A DNA stretch of 64,000 nucleotides, from assembly GCA_023957775.1 (NCBI GenBank), contig JAMLGR010000004.1, forward strand, positions 188,930 through 252,929, given 5' to 3'. Within the stretch, counting starts at the first letter, position 1. Each line of letters begins with the position of its first letter. The stretch comes from Fimbriimonadaceae bacterium. GTDB lineage: Bacteria; Armatimonadota; Fimbriimonadia; Fimbriimonadales; Fimbriimonadaceae. The notes under the pieces were generated by a model, which saw only the letters and a program-made list of their open reading frames with translations, was not told the DNA's origin and made no database searches. Positions 1 to 8,505 of the stretch are shown piece after piece. The position numbers and the translations under genes are program-made.

Positions 1-1510
1 GCAGCGGATACTTGGCCACGTACGCTTCCAACGCGTCGATGTCGACGAGTCCCAGATTCCAGCGCATGCCTGGGGCGGCCTTCAATACCTCGAACCCATC
101 GCCACCGTTGGCGATGTACTGGTTGACGGCCACGCGGTAGGTGCGGCCGTCCTCCACGGGTTGCCCCTTCAGCGAGGCGGAGAGCAGACGGCTGCCCACG
201 GGCTTCGAAGCGTCGAACGCGTAGTGGAAGCCCCTGGAAACCTGCAGGAAGCGACCCTCCTTCTCTTCGAGCCCGCTTAATCCGTACTCGAGTGCCGCCT
301 TGATCTCCTTGCCGGTGAGCTCCATCACGATGAGCGTGTTGGCAAACGGTTGGACCTCCACGAGCTTGTCGTAGGTGATCGTCCCGCTTGGCAAGGGGGC
401 GCGGACGCCGCCGCTGTTCACGACGGCGAAGTCGGGGTTGGAGGCCGCGCAGGCCTCGAGCGTCGCGTCCGCTATGAGGTCGCCCATGGCGGATTCGCGG
501 AGCCGTCCCTCCTCGTTGGGCACTCCCGCATCGCTCTTTCCGACGACTTTCCGTGACGCGGCCAGGATCGGCATGCGGAACGCGTCGAGTGCGGACAGGG
601 CGAACGGGTCGTCCGGAATCGACGCGTCGACGACCACCGGCGCGCCGCGCCAAGCCGTGACGGCGCCCTTGGCGTTGAAGTCCACCTGCAGGTGTCCGAG
701 GACCTTCCCCCACTCCCAGCTCGCGACGAGAAGGGTCTTGTTGCCTCCGGGGTTCTGGACGACGGTCGGGTAGGGCCCCTCGCTGGCGGGGAAGTCGGGA
801 TTGGCGAACGTTCCGAGCAACGAGTGGCTGTGTCCCCCGACGATCACATCGACCCCGCGGACCGTGGCGGCGACCTTCTTTTCCAGCTCATACCCGAGGT
901 GGCTGAGCAGGATGACCTTGTTGATGCCCTGTGCCGAGAACTGGTCGACCTCCTTCTGCACGTTGCTCATGAGCTCTAGCATCTTGACCGTCGGCCCCGG
1001 GCTGCTCACATCGGGAAGTTGCGGTGTGACGGCGCCCACCAGCCCGATGCGTTGGCCGCCGACCACGATCACAACCGAGCGCTTGATCACGTCTTTGAGG
1101 TCCGGATCGCCCGAAACGTCGAGGTTGGCCGCGAGCATCGGGAACTGGACGTTGCGTGCAAAGACGCCGAGCGGCTTGGGGCCGAGGTCGAACTCGTGGT
1201 TGCCCACGGCCATGGCGCGGTAGCCCATCAGGTTCATAAAGAACGCGTCGGCGAGTCCCTCGTACACCTTGAAGTACATCGTGCCCTGGAAGGTGTCCCC
1301 TCCCGAGAGGACCACGGGGTTGGGTTCGGTGGCCGCGAAGCGCATGAGGAGCGTGACGTGCTTCGCATAGCCCCCGTACATGCCTTTGCCGACCTTGACG
1401 GGCTCGATGTGACCGTGGAGATCGTCCGTATGGAGCACGGTCAAGGTGTACGACTGGCCGAACGCCAAGGCGGCGACGAGGGAGATCAGGAGGGAGGCGA
1501 GACGTCGCAT
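1..1510 (-). CDS. bifunctional metallophosphatase/5'-nucleotidase (UshA-like); C-terminal end truncated by window edge
   Basis: Absent from ORF track because no stop codon lies in the window. Reverse complement of 1441-1510 reads MRRLASLLISLVAALAFGQSYTLTVLHTDDLHGHIEPVKVGKGMYGG... The DLHG and GNHEFD metallophosphoesterase motifs and a signal-peptide-like N-terminus are present. ATG is the complement of 1508-1510. Confidence 0.8.
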   Translation of the reverse strand, partial: MRRLASLLISLVAALAFGQSYTLTVLHTDDLHGHIEPVKVGKGMYGGYAKHVTLLMRFAATEPNPVVLSGGDTFQGTMYFKVYEGLADAFFMNLMGYRAMAVGNHEFDLGPKPLGVFARNVQFPMLAANLDVSGDPDLKDVIKRSVVIVVGGQRIGLVGAVTPQLPDVSSPGPTVKMLELMSNVQKEVDQFSAQGINKVILLSHLGYELEKKVAATVRGVDVIVGGHSHSLLGTFANPDFPASEGPYPTVVQNPGGNKTLLVASWEWGKVLGHLQVDFNAKGAVTAWRGAPVVVDASIPDDPFALSALDAFRMPILAASRKVVGKSDAGVPNEEGRLRESAMGDLIADATLEACAASNPDFAVVNSGGVRAPLPSGTITYDKLVEVQPFANTLIVMELTGKEIKAALEYGLSGLEEKEGRFLQVSRGFHYAFDASKPVGSRLLSASLKGQPVEDGRTYRVAVNQYIANGGDGFEVLKAAPGMRWNLGLVDIDALEAYVAKYPL

Positions 1511-1587
1511 GGCGGCAGTCTACCAAGCGGTGTCCTGAAGTGGGACAGCCCCCTCCGATCCCATTGGGCCGGAGGGGGCGCCGAGCG

Positions 1588-2820
1588 TTACGACTCCCGT
1601 CGGTGGAAGAACGGGTGGTCGGGCGCCCGCGAATGGCACGCGGAACAGGTGTCCAGCGTGCCGACGTGCCCTTGGACGCGGAGCATCTGCTCGTTGTCCT
1701 GAGCGGTCACCGTGGGCACGATGGCGTGGGGGCTGTTGTGGCAAACCACGCACTTGACGTTCTTGTGCCCGACCGAATCACGGAACAGCTTGCCGGGTTG
1801 TTCGTACTCGTGCCCAGGCACGTGGTGGCAGCTGCCGCAGCGCGGCTCGTCCACCCAGGCCGTTCTAAGCGGACTACCGACGGCTTTCATGTTGCCATGG
1901 CAATCTTCGCACTTCATACCACGCGCGTAGTGCACGTCGCGAAGGCACTGCGTCTGGGTGCCCGGGTGGCAGTTGTAGCACGCCTCTTTGGCGGGCCCCG
2001 ACCGCATCCTGTAGGGCATGGCGCGCTTGGCGTGCGAACTGTGCATCGCCGACGACATGGACGAGACTCCTGGCACTCCCGCCGTCCCGAGCGCTGGGTC
2101 GGCGTGGCAGCTTGCGCACAGGACCGGTTTCTGGTTCATCAGGTCCGTCCCGTGTTTGCGGTCGTGCTTCCTTAGAATGTCTCCGGCGACCGTGTCGCCG
2201 TTTTGGGGCCGGTGGCAGTAGTCGCAGTGGATCTCCCAGGAGACGGGAATCACCGCGTAGGTCACGTCCTTGACCTGTCCGTTCTGACGGACCTGCACGC
2301 GGGCCAGTTGGTACGGGTCGTTCGCTCCCTGATCCGTGATGGGCGTGATTGGGATGCCCGAGGCGATCCAATCACGGTCGGCCGTAGGAGTCATGGAGCC
2401 TGTCAGGCCGTTGCCGGTCAGGCCGACATCCAAAGGGAGAGCGACGCCGAACAGGGCCGGAGCGTAGTCCCAGAAGTTGGTCTTGGTGTGACTCACCGTG
2501 TTTCCCGGGATCGAATACTCCACGGTCACGCCGGTCGTCAGGATCTTGGGATCTTCGTTCGAACGGTCGATGACGGTCGCCCGCATCGTGTTGTAGGGCG
2601 GGAGGATGCAGATCTCCGAGAAGTCGTCGTTGAGACAGTGCATGCCCAGGTCGTTGTAGGCGATGACCAGCTTGTCGCCCAGAATCTGCGGTGCAGCCGG
2701 AGGATCGGGACGGTGGCTGCTGACGGATCCAAAGCCGAGCGTGAGCAACCCACCCGACACGATCGCGAGCAACCAGGAATTCGCCTTCCCCTTGCGGGTG
2801 GCTCGAGGACTCTCCAACAT
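1588..2820 (-). CDS. membrane-anchored multiheme c-type cytochrome (7 CxxCH motifs)
   Basis: 410-aa ORF. N-terminal hydrophobic anchor (WLLAIVSGGLLTLGF). Seven CxxCH heme-binding motifs (CDYCH, CASCH, CYNCH, CEDCH, CGSCH, CVVCH, CSACH). Coding-like composition. Confidence 0.8.
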   Translation of the reverse strand: MLESPRATRKGKANSWLLAIVSGGLLTLGFGSVSSHRPDPPAAPQILGDKLVIAYNDLGMHCLNDDFSEICILPPYNTMRATVIDRSNEDPKILTTGVTVEYSIPGNTVSHTKTNFWDYAPALFGVALPLDVGLTGNGLTGSMTPTADRDWIASGIPITPITDQGANDPYQLARVQVRQNGQVKDVTYAVIPVSWEIHCDYCHRPQNGDTVAGDILRKHDRKHGTDLMNQKPVLCASCHADPALGTAGVPGVSSMSSAMHSSHAKRAMPYRMRSGPAKEACYNCHPGTQTQCLRDVHYARGMKCEDCHGNMKAVGSPLRTAWVDEPRCGSCHHVPGHEYEQPGKLFRDSVGHKNVKCVVCHNSPHAIVPTVTAQDNEQMLRVQGHVGTLDTCSACHSRAPDHPFFHRRES

Positions 2821-3014
2821 GATTCAACTCCCTACGGGCCAGGCACGGCCGCCTGATCGCAAAGGGGCTTGTCCCCCCGGACCCCTCTCGATCAACGCAA
2901 TTGGCTCCGAGTCGAAACTCGTCGCTCGACCCGACCCATACTCGTAAGTGTAACGGCACTTTCGAAAAGATTCGCAGGCATGTTGCGGAGCGATGGAAAA
3001 CGGGGCGGGTGGCA

Positions 3015-3845
3015 ATGCACGGACTGGGACCGCGAGACGGGAACAAAGTGATCGACTGGGGCAAGACCTCGCAAGACTACGCCCTTCATCGACCGGGGCC
3101 CCCGCCGAGCTTGTTTGAACAATTCTTGGAGCTTGGAATCGGCACGGAAGGGCAGCGCCTCCTCGACCTTGGGACTGGGACGGGCGTGATGGCGCGCCAG
3201 TTCGCAAGGCAAGGCGCGCTCGTGTCAGGAGTTGACGTTTCTCCAGAACAGATTGCGATGGCCGGCCAACTGGCTGCGGAAGAGGGCTTGGAGGTCGAGT
3301 TCCTTCCCCATCCGGCAGAGGCGCTCCCGTGGTCTGGACCGACGTTCGACGTGGCCACGGCGAATCAGTGTTGGCTCTATTTCGATCGAGAGAGGGTTGT
3401 AGCGGAGCTTCGGCGAGTTCTGAAACCGGGAGGGAAGCTGGTGACCTCTCACTTCTCGTGGCTCCCCCGGTTGGATGCGATCGCTCGGAGAAGCGAGCAA
3501 CTGGTCCTCGAGTTCAACCCGGATTGGAGCGCAGCCGATTGGTCGGGCGACGTGCCGAAAGTGCCTTCCTGGGCGGAGCCCGAGTTCGAAGTAGAGGCTA
3601 TGTTCGTCTACGATGAGCCGATCGCATTCACGCGAGAGAGCTGGCGTGGCCGATTCCGCGCCTGCCGGGGGGTGGGAGCAGTGCTTTCGGAATCAGAGGT
3701 CGAGGCGTTCGATGCCGCTCACCACGCCTTGCTGCATGGGACTGCTCCCGAGTCGTTCACCGTCCTGCATCGTTTGGACGCGCACGTTCTCAAGCCGAGG
3801 CCCAGGTCCAACTGGGTTTCGAGCCGAGGGATGGTGCCGCATTGA
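3015..3845 (+). CDS. class I SAM-dependent methyltransferase
   Basis: In-frame ATG at 3015 inside the longer ORF 2901..3845. Carries LLDLGTGTG (SAM-binding motif I) and the acidic loop VDVS. Confidence 0.75.
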   Translation: MHGLGPRDGNKVIDWGKTSQDYALHRPGPPPSLFEQFLELGIGTEGQRLLDLGTGTGVMARQFARQGALVSGVDVSPEQIAMAGQLAAEEGLEVEFLPHPAEALPWSGPTFDVATANQCWLYFDRERVVAELRRVLKPGGKLVTSHFSWLPRLDAIARRSEQLVLEFNPDWSAADWSGDVPKVPSWAEPEFEVEAMFVYDEPIAFTRESWRGRFRACRGVGAVLSESEVEAFDAAHHALLHGTAPESFTVLHRLDAHVLKPRPRSNWVSSRGMVPH

Positions 3846-3867
3846 TGACGGTCCGTTGGAAGCAGCG

Positions 3868-4728
3868 ATGCTGATCGTTCTCCCCCGCGCTCCCGCGCCA
3901 CTCGCCCCCCAGGGACCGGAGACTCGGCTGAATGCGGTTTGGCGCGGGCGGCTGGAACGTCGGTTGGAGCTGCCACGCGGCGGGCAGTTGGTTCTGGTCC
4001 TGCCGGTGGAGGGGCCGGGCGTGATTTGTCAGGGCGCGGTTCTTCGCAAGGACCGCTACCTACTGCTTGCCCCGGGCGCGGCTGATTCGACCTTGACTCT
4101 CGGTGTACCAGCCGGGCCCGCCGAGGTGTTGGTGCTGTGGCTCAGCTCTGGGTTCATCGCCGAGATGGCCGAGAGCCTGGTCATCCCCGCGGGCTTCCAA
4201 GAACTGCTGCATGGAGTGGCGCTTCGCAAGGGAGACCCGTTGTCCGCGGCGGCGGCAGAGCTTGCAAAGGCGTGTCTCGAGGGTCGGCATGACGATGCCG
4301 AGGAGGCTGGCTTCGATGTGATCGGGGTCGTCCTGAGCCTCATGCGGATTCGGCATGAGGCGATGCTGAGGCTCGCGAGGCATCGGGGCAGCACGTTGGA
4401 AGAGTTGCTGCCCCGGCTGATGCTTGCTCGGCAGATGGTCGAGGCTCGCTTCGCCAGCGCGTTCACCACGCGCGCGGTTGCCGACGAGCTCGGGCTCTCC
4501 GAGTTTCACTTTGCCCGCCTGTTCCGCGCGGCGTTCGACACGCCCTTGCGGCAGTTCGTCATCGGCCTGCGCCTGGATGCTGCCCGGCGCCTGTTGGAGT
4601 CCAGCAAGGGGTCGGTTCTGGAGATCGCGCTCGAGGTGGGCTACTCCAGCCCCAGCTCCTTCACCCACGCGTTCCGCAGGCGATTTGGCGTGCCTCCCGG
4701 GGCGTATCGCGACCAGTTCGCCGAGTGA
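3868..4728 (+). CDS. AraC/XylS-family transcriptional regulator
   Basis: C-terminal AraC HTH signature (ELGLSEFHFARLFRAAFDTPLRQFVIGLRLDAARRLL...GYSSPSSFTHAFRRRFGVPPGAYR). Start placed at the first ATG after the upstream stop (3868). The N-terminal part of ORF 3613.. is Arg/Ser-rich and judged non-coding. Confidence 0.8.
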   Translation: MLIVLPRAPAPLAPQGPETRLNAVWRGRLERRLELPRGGQLVLVLPVEGPGVICQGAVLRKDRYLLLAPGAADSTLTLGVPAGPAEVLVLWLSSGFIAEMAESLVIPAGFQELLHGVALRKGDPLSAAAAELAKACLEGRHDDAEEAGFDVIGVVLSLMRIRHEAMLRLARHRGSTLEELLPRLMLARQMVEARFASAFTTRAVADELGLSEFHFARLFRAAFDTPLRQFVIGLRLDAARRLLESSKGSVLEIALEVGYSSPSSFTHAFRRRFGVPPGAYRDQFAE

Positions 4729-4795
4729 GCAGGATTCGACAAGGACGCCATCGGGCATGCGGTGGATACTGGTCGTAGTGTGTGAGGTGACCCCG

Positions 4796-5095
4796 ATGTC
4801 GATTCAAGCGAAGAACGTCAACCATCCAGGCTACCAAGAGCCCCTCAACGAGCAGAAGTACACGCTCATTCGCGATGCGATCCTGGGCGTGGTCCCAGCC
4901 GAAGGTGGAATCACCTTCCAGGAGTTGGAGACCGAAGTGACGGCCCACCTCAAGCGGACGAAAGCGCCGATGGAGCTGTTCCCGAAGCCCGGCTCCGTGA
5001 GGTGGTACTGTAAGGTCGTGCAGCTCGATCTCGAGGCGCGGGAACTTATCGAACGCGTACCGGGCAAGGTCCCGCTCCAGATCCGCAAACGTTAG
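4796..5095 (+). CDS. hypothetical small protein (~99 aa)
   Basis: Well-behaved amino-acid composition (MSIQAKNVNHPGYQEPLNEQKYTLIRDAILGVVPAEGGITFQELETEV...) at the tail of ORF 4424..5095. The upstream part of that ORF is Arg/Ser/Pro-rich and judged non-coding. Start could also be 4757. Confidence 0.45.
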   Translation: MSIQAKNVNHPGYQEPLNEQKYTLIRDAILGVVPAEGGITFQELETEVTAHLKRTKAPMELFPKPGSVRWYCKVVQLDLEARELIERVPGKVPLQIRKR

Positions 5096-5150
5096 CCTCC
5101 CGAGGGACACCGACGGCAAACGACAAACCACGAGGGCCCCTCACCCGCTG

Positions 5151-5180
5151 CCCCCTCTCTCCCAGAGGGGCGAGGGGGGG
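5151..5180. terminator. GC-rich hairpin between convergent genes (putative bidirectional terminator)
   Basis: CCCCTC(tctcccagaggggc)GAGGGG inverted repeat. Lies between the + gene ending at 5095 and ftcD (-) ending at 5209. No U-tract, as is usual in high-GC genomes. Confidence 0.35.
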
Positions 5181-5208
5181 CGGACCACAACCACAAACCA
5201 CAAAACGC

Positions 5209-6900
5209 CTACGCGTCCATCTTCTGGCGAACCAGGGCCAAGGTCGCCTCCTCTCGCTTTGCCGCCTCTGCGTCGATCTCCGCAGCGCGAGCCAAGATAC
5301 GATCGACGAACGCCTTGTCCTCGACGCCCGAGGAGTTGATCTGCACGTTGAGATGCGCCCCCCGAACGGCGGCTCGGGCGCACAGGGCACCTACTCCCGC
5401 ATCGCTCACGGAGTTCGGGTTGCCTTCCGCGGCCATGGCTTCCAGCACCTCCATCGAACGGAGCGCAACCTCCATGGTCTGAAGCGGGACCTGCATGGCC
5501 TCCTCGGTGCGTCGTTGGATGGCGTCGTGCCGGGCCGCCTGCTCCTCGTCGGTGCCCTTGGGCAGCTTGAAGGCCGCCATGAGGCGGTCGAACGCGCGCG
5601 TGTCCTCGTCCACGAGGCGCAGAAGCTCGTCGCAGCACGCCTGGCCGCGCTCGGCCCAGTCGGAAAACTCCTCCCACCGCGCGTCCCAGCCGCGCTTGTG
5701 GCTGGAGAGGTTCGCGACCATGGTGCCGAGCGCCGCACCGAGGGCGCCGGCCAGAGCGGCGACCGAGCCACCGCCGGGCGCCGGTGATTCGGAAGCGACG
5801 GTGTAGGCGAACTGGCGCACGTCCAAATCCACGAGGTTCTTCAGGCCGCGGTCCCGCATCGCGTACTCGATGATCCGCTCCTGGGGGTCGAAGGGATCCA
5901 GTTCGTCCAAGCCCATGGTTTTGACCGCGATCCGGATCAATTCATCGTTGGGCAGGCCGGTGGAGCGCTGCTGCTTCTTCAGGAAGTGTCGCCCGGCCGC
6001 AAGCATCGCCTCGAGGGGGACAAGCCCGACGAGTTCGGAACCGGTGACCCGCATCCCCCGCTCGCCGGCCTTCTCGCAGCACACTTCGTACACGGTGTGG
6101 AGCGGCGTCTCGCGCAGGTTGGTGAGGTTGATCGAGACTTGAGCGAAACCGTACTCCTCGATGAACCACCCGATCGCCTTCGTGCTTTTGAGCGCGCCCG
6201 GCTCGTACACGGGATGGCCCTCGGCATCGCGCACGATCTCGCCCGTGAGCGGGTCGCCCTCGCGCTTGACGCGTCCGCGCTCGCGGATGTCGAACGCCAC
6301 GGCGTTGGCGCGGCGCGCGGAGGTCGTGTTGAGGTTCACGTTGTAGGCGATGAGGAAATCGCGCGCGCCGACGGCGGTGGCCCCGGTCTTGGGCTGGAAG
6401 GTCGCGGGGCCGAAGTCGGGCTTCCACCGCGGGTCCTTGAGGCGCTCGGGTAGGGCCTCGTACTCGCCCGCGCGGACCGACGAGAGCTCCTTTCGCTCCT
6501 CGCTTGTGGCCGCCTCGCCGTAGAGGAAGATGCTCAACCCCAGCTCCTTGCCCAGGCGTTTGCCCAGCGCCCGAGCGTGCTCCGCGACCTCCTCCATAGA
6601 GATGCCCGAAATGGGGATCAGGGGGCACACATCCATCGCGCCGAAGCGGGGATGCTCGCCGGAGTGGCGCGCCATGTCGATGCGCTCGGAACCCACCTTC
6701 GCGGCCTGGAACGCCGCTTCGCAAACCGCCTCGGGAGCTCCTGCGAAGGTGAAGACCGTGCGGTTCGTGGACTTGCCGGGATCGACGTTGAGAAGCGTCG
6801 CTCCTTCGACCGCCGAGACCGCGTCGGCGATCGCTTGGATCACCGCCGGGTCCCGGCCCTCGCTGAAGTTCGGCACGCACTCGATCAGGGGCTCGCTCAT
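5209..6900 (-). CDS. ftcD: bifunctional glutamate formimidoyltransferase / formimidoyl-THF cyclodeaminase (fused FTCD)
   Basis: Starts MSEPLIECVPNFSEGRD, the canonical formiminotransferase N-terminus. Start chosen at this internal Met of ORF 5209..7023. The C-terminal ~200 aa have cyclodeaminase-like helical composition. Confidence 0.85.
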   Translation of the reverse strand: MSEPLIECVPNFSEGRDPAVIQAIADAVSAVEGATLLNVDPGKSTNRTVFTFAGAPEAVCEAAFQAAKVGSERIDMARHSGEHPRFGAMDVCPLIPISGISMEEVAEHARALGKRLGKELGLSIFLYGEAATSEERKELSSVRAGEYEALPERLKDPRWKPDFGPATFQPKTGATAVGARDFLIAYNVNLNTTSARRANAVAFDIRERGRVKREGDPLTGEIVRDAEGHPVYEPGALKSTKAIGWFIEEYGFAQVSINLTNLRETPLHTVYEVCCEKAGERGMRVTGSELVGLVPLEAMLAAGRHFLKKQQRSTGLPNDELIRIAVKTMGLDELDPFDPQERIIEYAMRDRGLKNLVDLDVRQFAYTVASESPAPGGGSVAALAGALGAALGTMVANLSSHKRGWDARWEEFSDWAERGQACCDELLRLVDEDTRAFDRLMAAFKLPKGTDEEQAARHDAIQRRTEEAMQVPLQTMEVALRSMEVLEAMAAEGNPNSVSDAGVGALCARAAVRGAHLNVQINSSGVEDKAFVDRILARAAEIDAEAAKREEATLALVRQKMDA

Positions 6901-6917
6901 GTGTCGAAGTATATCGG

Positions 6918-8495
6918 TCAATCCAGCTTTCGGAAGTTCACCTTCATCGCCGCGAGCCGCGCGAGGTGGCCCTGGAGCCGCTCCAGGAAATCGGGGTAGG
7001 AGCGCTCCGCCTGGGGCGTCCATACGACCTCGGCGAGTGCGCAGATGCGGGGAAAGCCCATGTACTCCGCATACTCCGGCGTGGCGATGTACTCGGTCCA
7101 GATCTGGCCCTGGGCCCCGAGGACGCGGGCGGCCTCCTGGTCGGTGAAGCCCTCGGGCACCGGGTCGAACGCGTACACCTTTTCAAGCGGCAGGAACCCT
7201 CCGATCGCCAGGGGTTCCTTATCGGTGGGCCTCGCCTGATAGTAGTCGAGGTAGAGGTGGCTCGTGGGCGCCATCACGACGTCGTGGCCGGACTTCGCGG
7301 CGGTGATGCCGCCTTGGATGCCGCGCCAGGACATGACCGTCGCCCCCGGTGCGAGCCCTCCTTCGAGGATCTCGTCCCACCCGATGAGACGGCGGCCGCG
7401 GTCGGCGAGCCACTTGTCCATTTGGCGGATGAACCACGACTGCATCTCATGCTCGTCCTGGATCCCCAGGGCCTTCATCTTCGCCTGCACGCGCTCGCTG
7501 GCCTTCCACTGGTCCTTGGGACACTCGTCGCCGCCGACGTGGATGAACTTCGAGGGGAACAGCTCGATCACTTCCGCCAGCACGTTCTGCAGGAACTCGA
7601 TGGTGGAGTCTTCGGTGTTGAGCACGTTCGGGTTCACTCCCCACGTGGTCATCACCTTGAGATGCGTGTCCGTGTTGCCGAGTTCGGGATACGCGGCGAT
7701 GGCCGCCTGGGAGTGGCCGGGCATCTCGATTTCGGGCACCACGTTCACGTGCCGGCGCGCGGCGTAGGCGACGATCTCGCGGATATCCTTCTGGGTGTAG
7801 TAGCCGCCGTGGCGCACGCCGTCGTACTTCGGCTCCTTGGCGCCGTAGTGGCCGACGAGGGTTTCGTCGCGCCATGCTCCGATCTCGGTGAGCTTGGGGT
7901 ACCGCTTGATTTCGACGCGCCACCCCTGGTCGTCCGTGAGGTGCCAGTGGAACGAGTTCATCTTGTGCAGCGCGAGGAGATCGATGAACCGCATCACGAA
8001 CGCCTTGGGCATGAAGTGGCGCGCGCAGTCGAGCATGGCGCCGCGCCATTGGAAGCGGGGCGCGTCCTCGATGCGGGCGCAGGGAATCTGAACCGGACCC
8101 GAGGGTTGGGTGCCGAAGGTCGCCGCGGGCATCATCTGGCGCAGGGTTTGGCACCCGTAGAACAGCCCCGACGGCGAGGCCGCGTCGATGCGGATCTGGA
8201 AGGGGGACACCTCGAGGGTGTAGCTCTCGTCGGTCGTGTTGCCTCGCCGATCCGGATCGAGCCGCAGGAGGATCGCGCCGTTTCGCGGGGCCTCGCCTTC
8301 GTCGACCTCGAGTTTCAGCCCGGTGCCGGGCGCGATCTGTTCCGCAAAGAGCCTCGCCTCGCCGAGGGCCGCCTCGCTGGCGAGGATCACGGTCTCGGCG
8401 TTCAGCTCGAACGTGCCGAGCCCGGGGACGACGGAGACCGGAGCGGGGACGAGGTTGAGGGTGGAGAGAGTCGCCATGGCCATCGCGGAGAGCAT
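6918..8495 (-). CDS. beta-N-acetylhexosaminidase, glycoside hydrolase family 20
   Basis: HWHLTDDQGWR and HVGGDE catalytic motifs. N-terminal GH20b-like domain. Signal-like N-terminus. Confidence 0.9.
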   Translation of the reverse strand: MLSAMAMATLSTLNLVPAPVSVVPGLGTFELNAETVILASEAALGEARLFAEQIAPGTGLKLEVDEGEAPRNGAILLRLDPDRRGNTTDESYTLEVSPFQIRIDAASPSGLFYGCQTLRQMMPAATFGTQPSGPVQIPCARIEDAPRFQWRGAMLDCARHFMPKAFVMRFIDLLALHKMNSFHWHLTDDQGWRVEIKRYPKLTEIGAWRDETLVGHYGAKEPKYDGVRHGGYYTQKDIREIVAYAARRHVNVVPEIEMPGHSQAAIAAYPELGNTDTHLKVMTTWGVNPNVLNTEDSTIEFLQNVLAEVIELFPSKFIHVGGDECPKDQWKASERVQAKMKALGIQDEHEMQSWFIRQMDKWLADRGRRLIGWDEILEGGLAPGATVMSWRGIQGGITAAKSGHDVVMAPTSHLYLDYYQARPTDKEPLAIGGFLPLEKVYAFDPVPEGFTDQEAARVLGAQGQIWTEYIATPEYAEYMGFPRICALAEVVWTPQAERSYPDFLERLQGHLARLAAMKVNFRKLD

Positions 8496-8505
8496 GGCGC
8501 AGGGT

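Noticed and set aside
1019-1702. 227-aa + strand ORF and 888..1526 minus ORF at the left edge
   Set aside because: Both overlap the clearly recognisable 5'-nucleotidase gene, which reads through to the window edge on the minus strand in another frame. Their composition is junk-like.
3613-3867. N-terminal extensions of ORF-track entries (3613.. for AraC; 2901.. for the SAM-MT; 20947.. for the KorC-like gene; 22443.. for korA; 35471.. for URO-D paralog 3; 58834.. for the DsbD-like gene; 4424.. for the small protein)
   Set aside because: The upstream portions overlap the preceding gene and are Arg/Ser/Pro-rich. An in-frame start just after the upstream stop gives the canonical N-terminus of each family.
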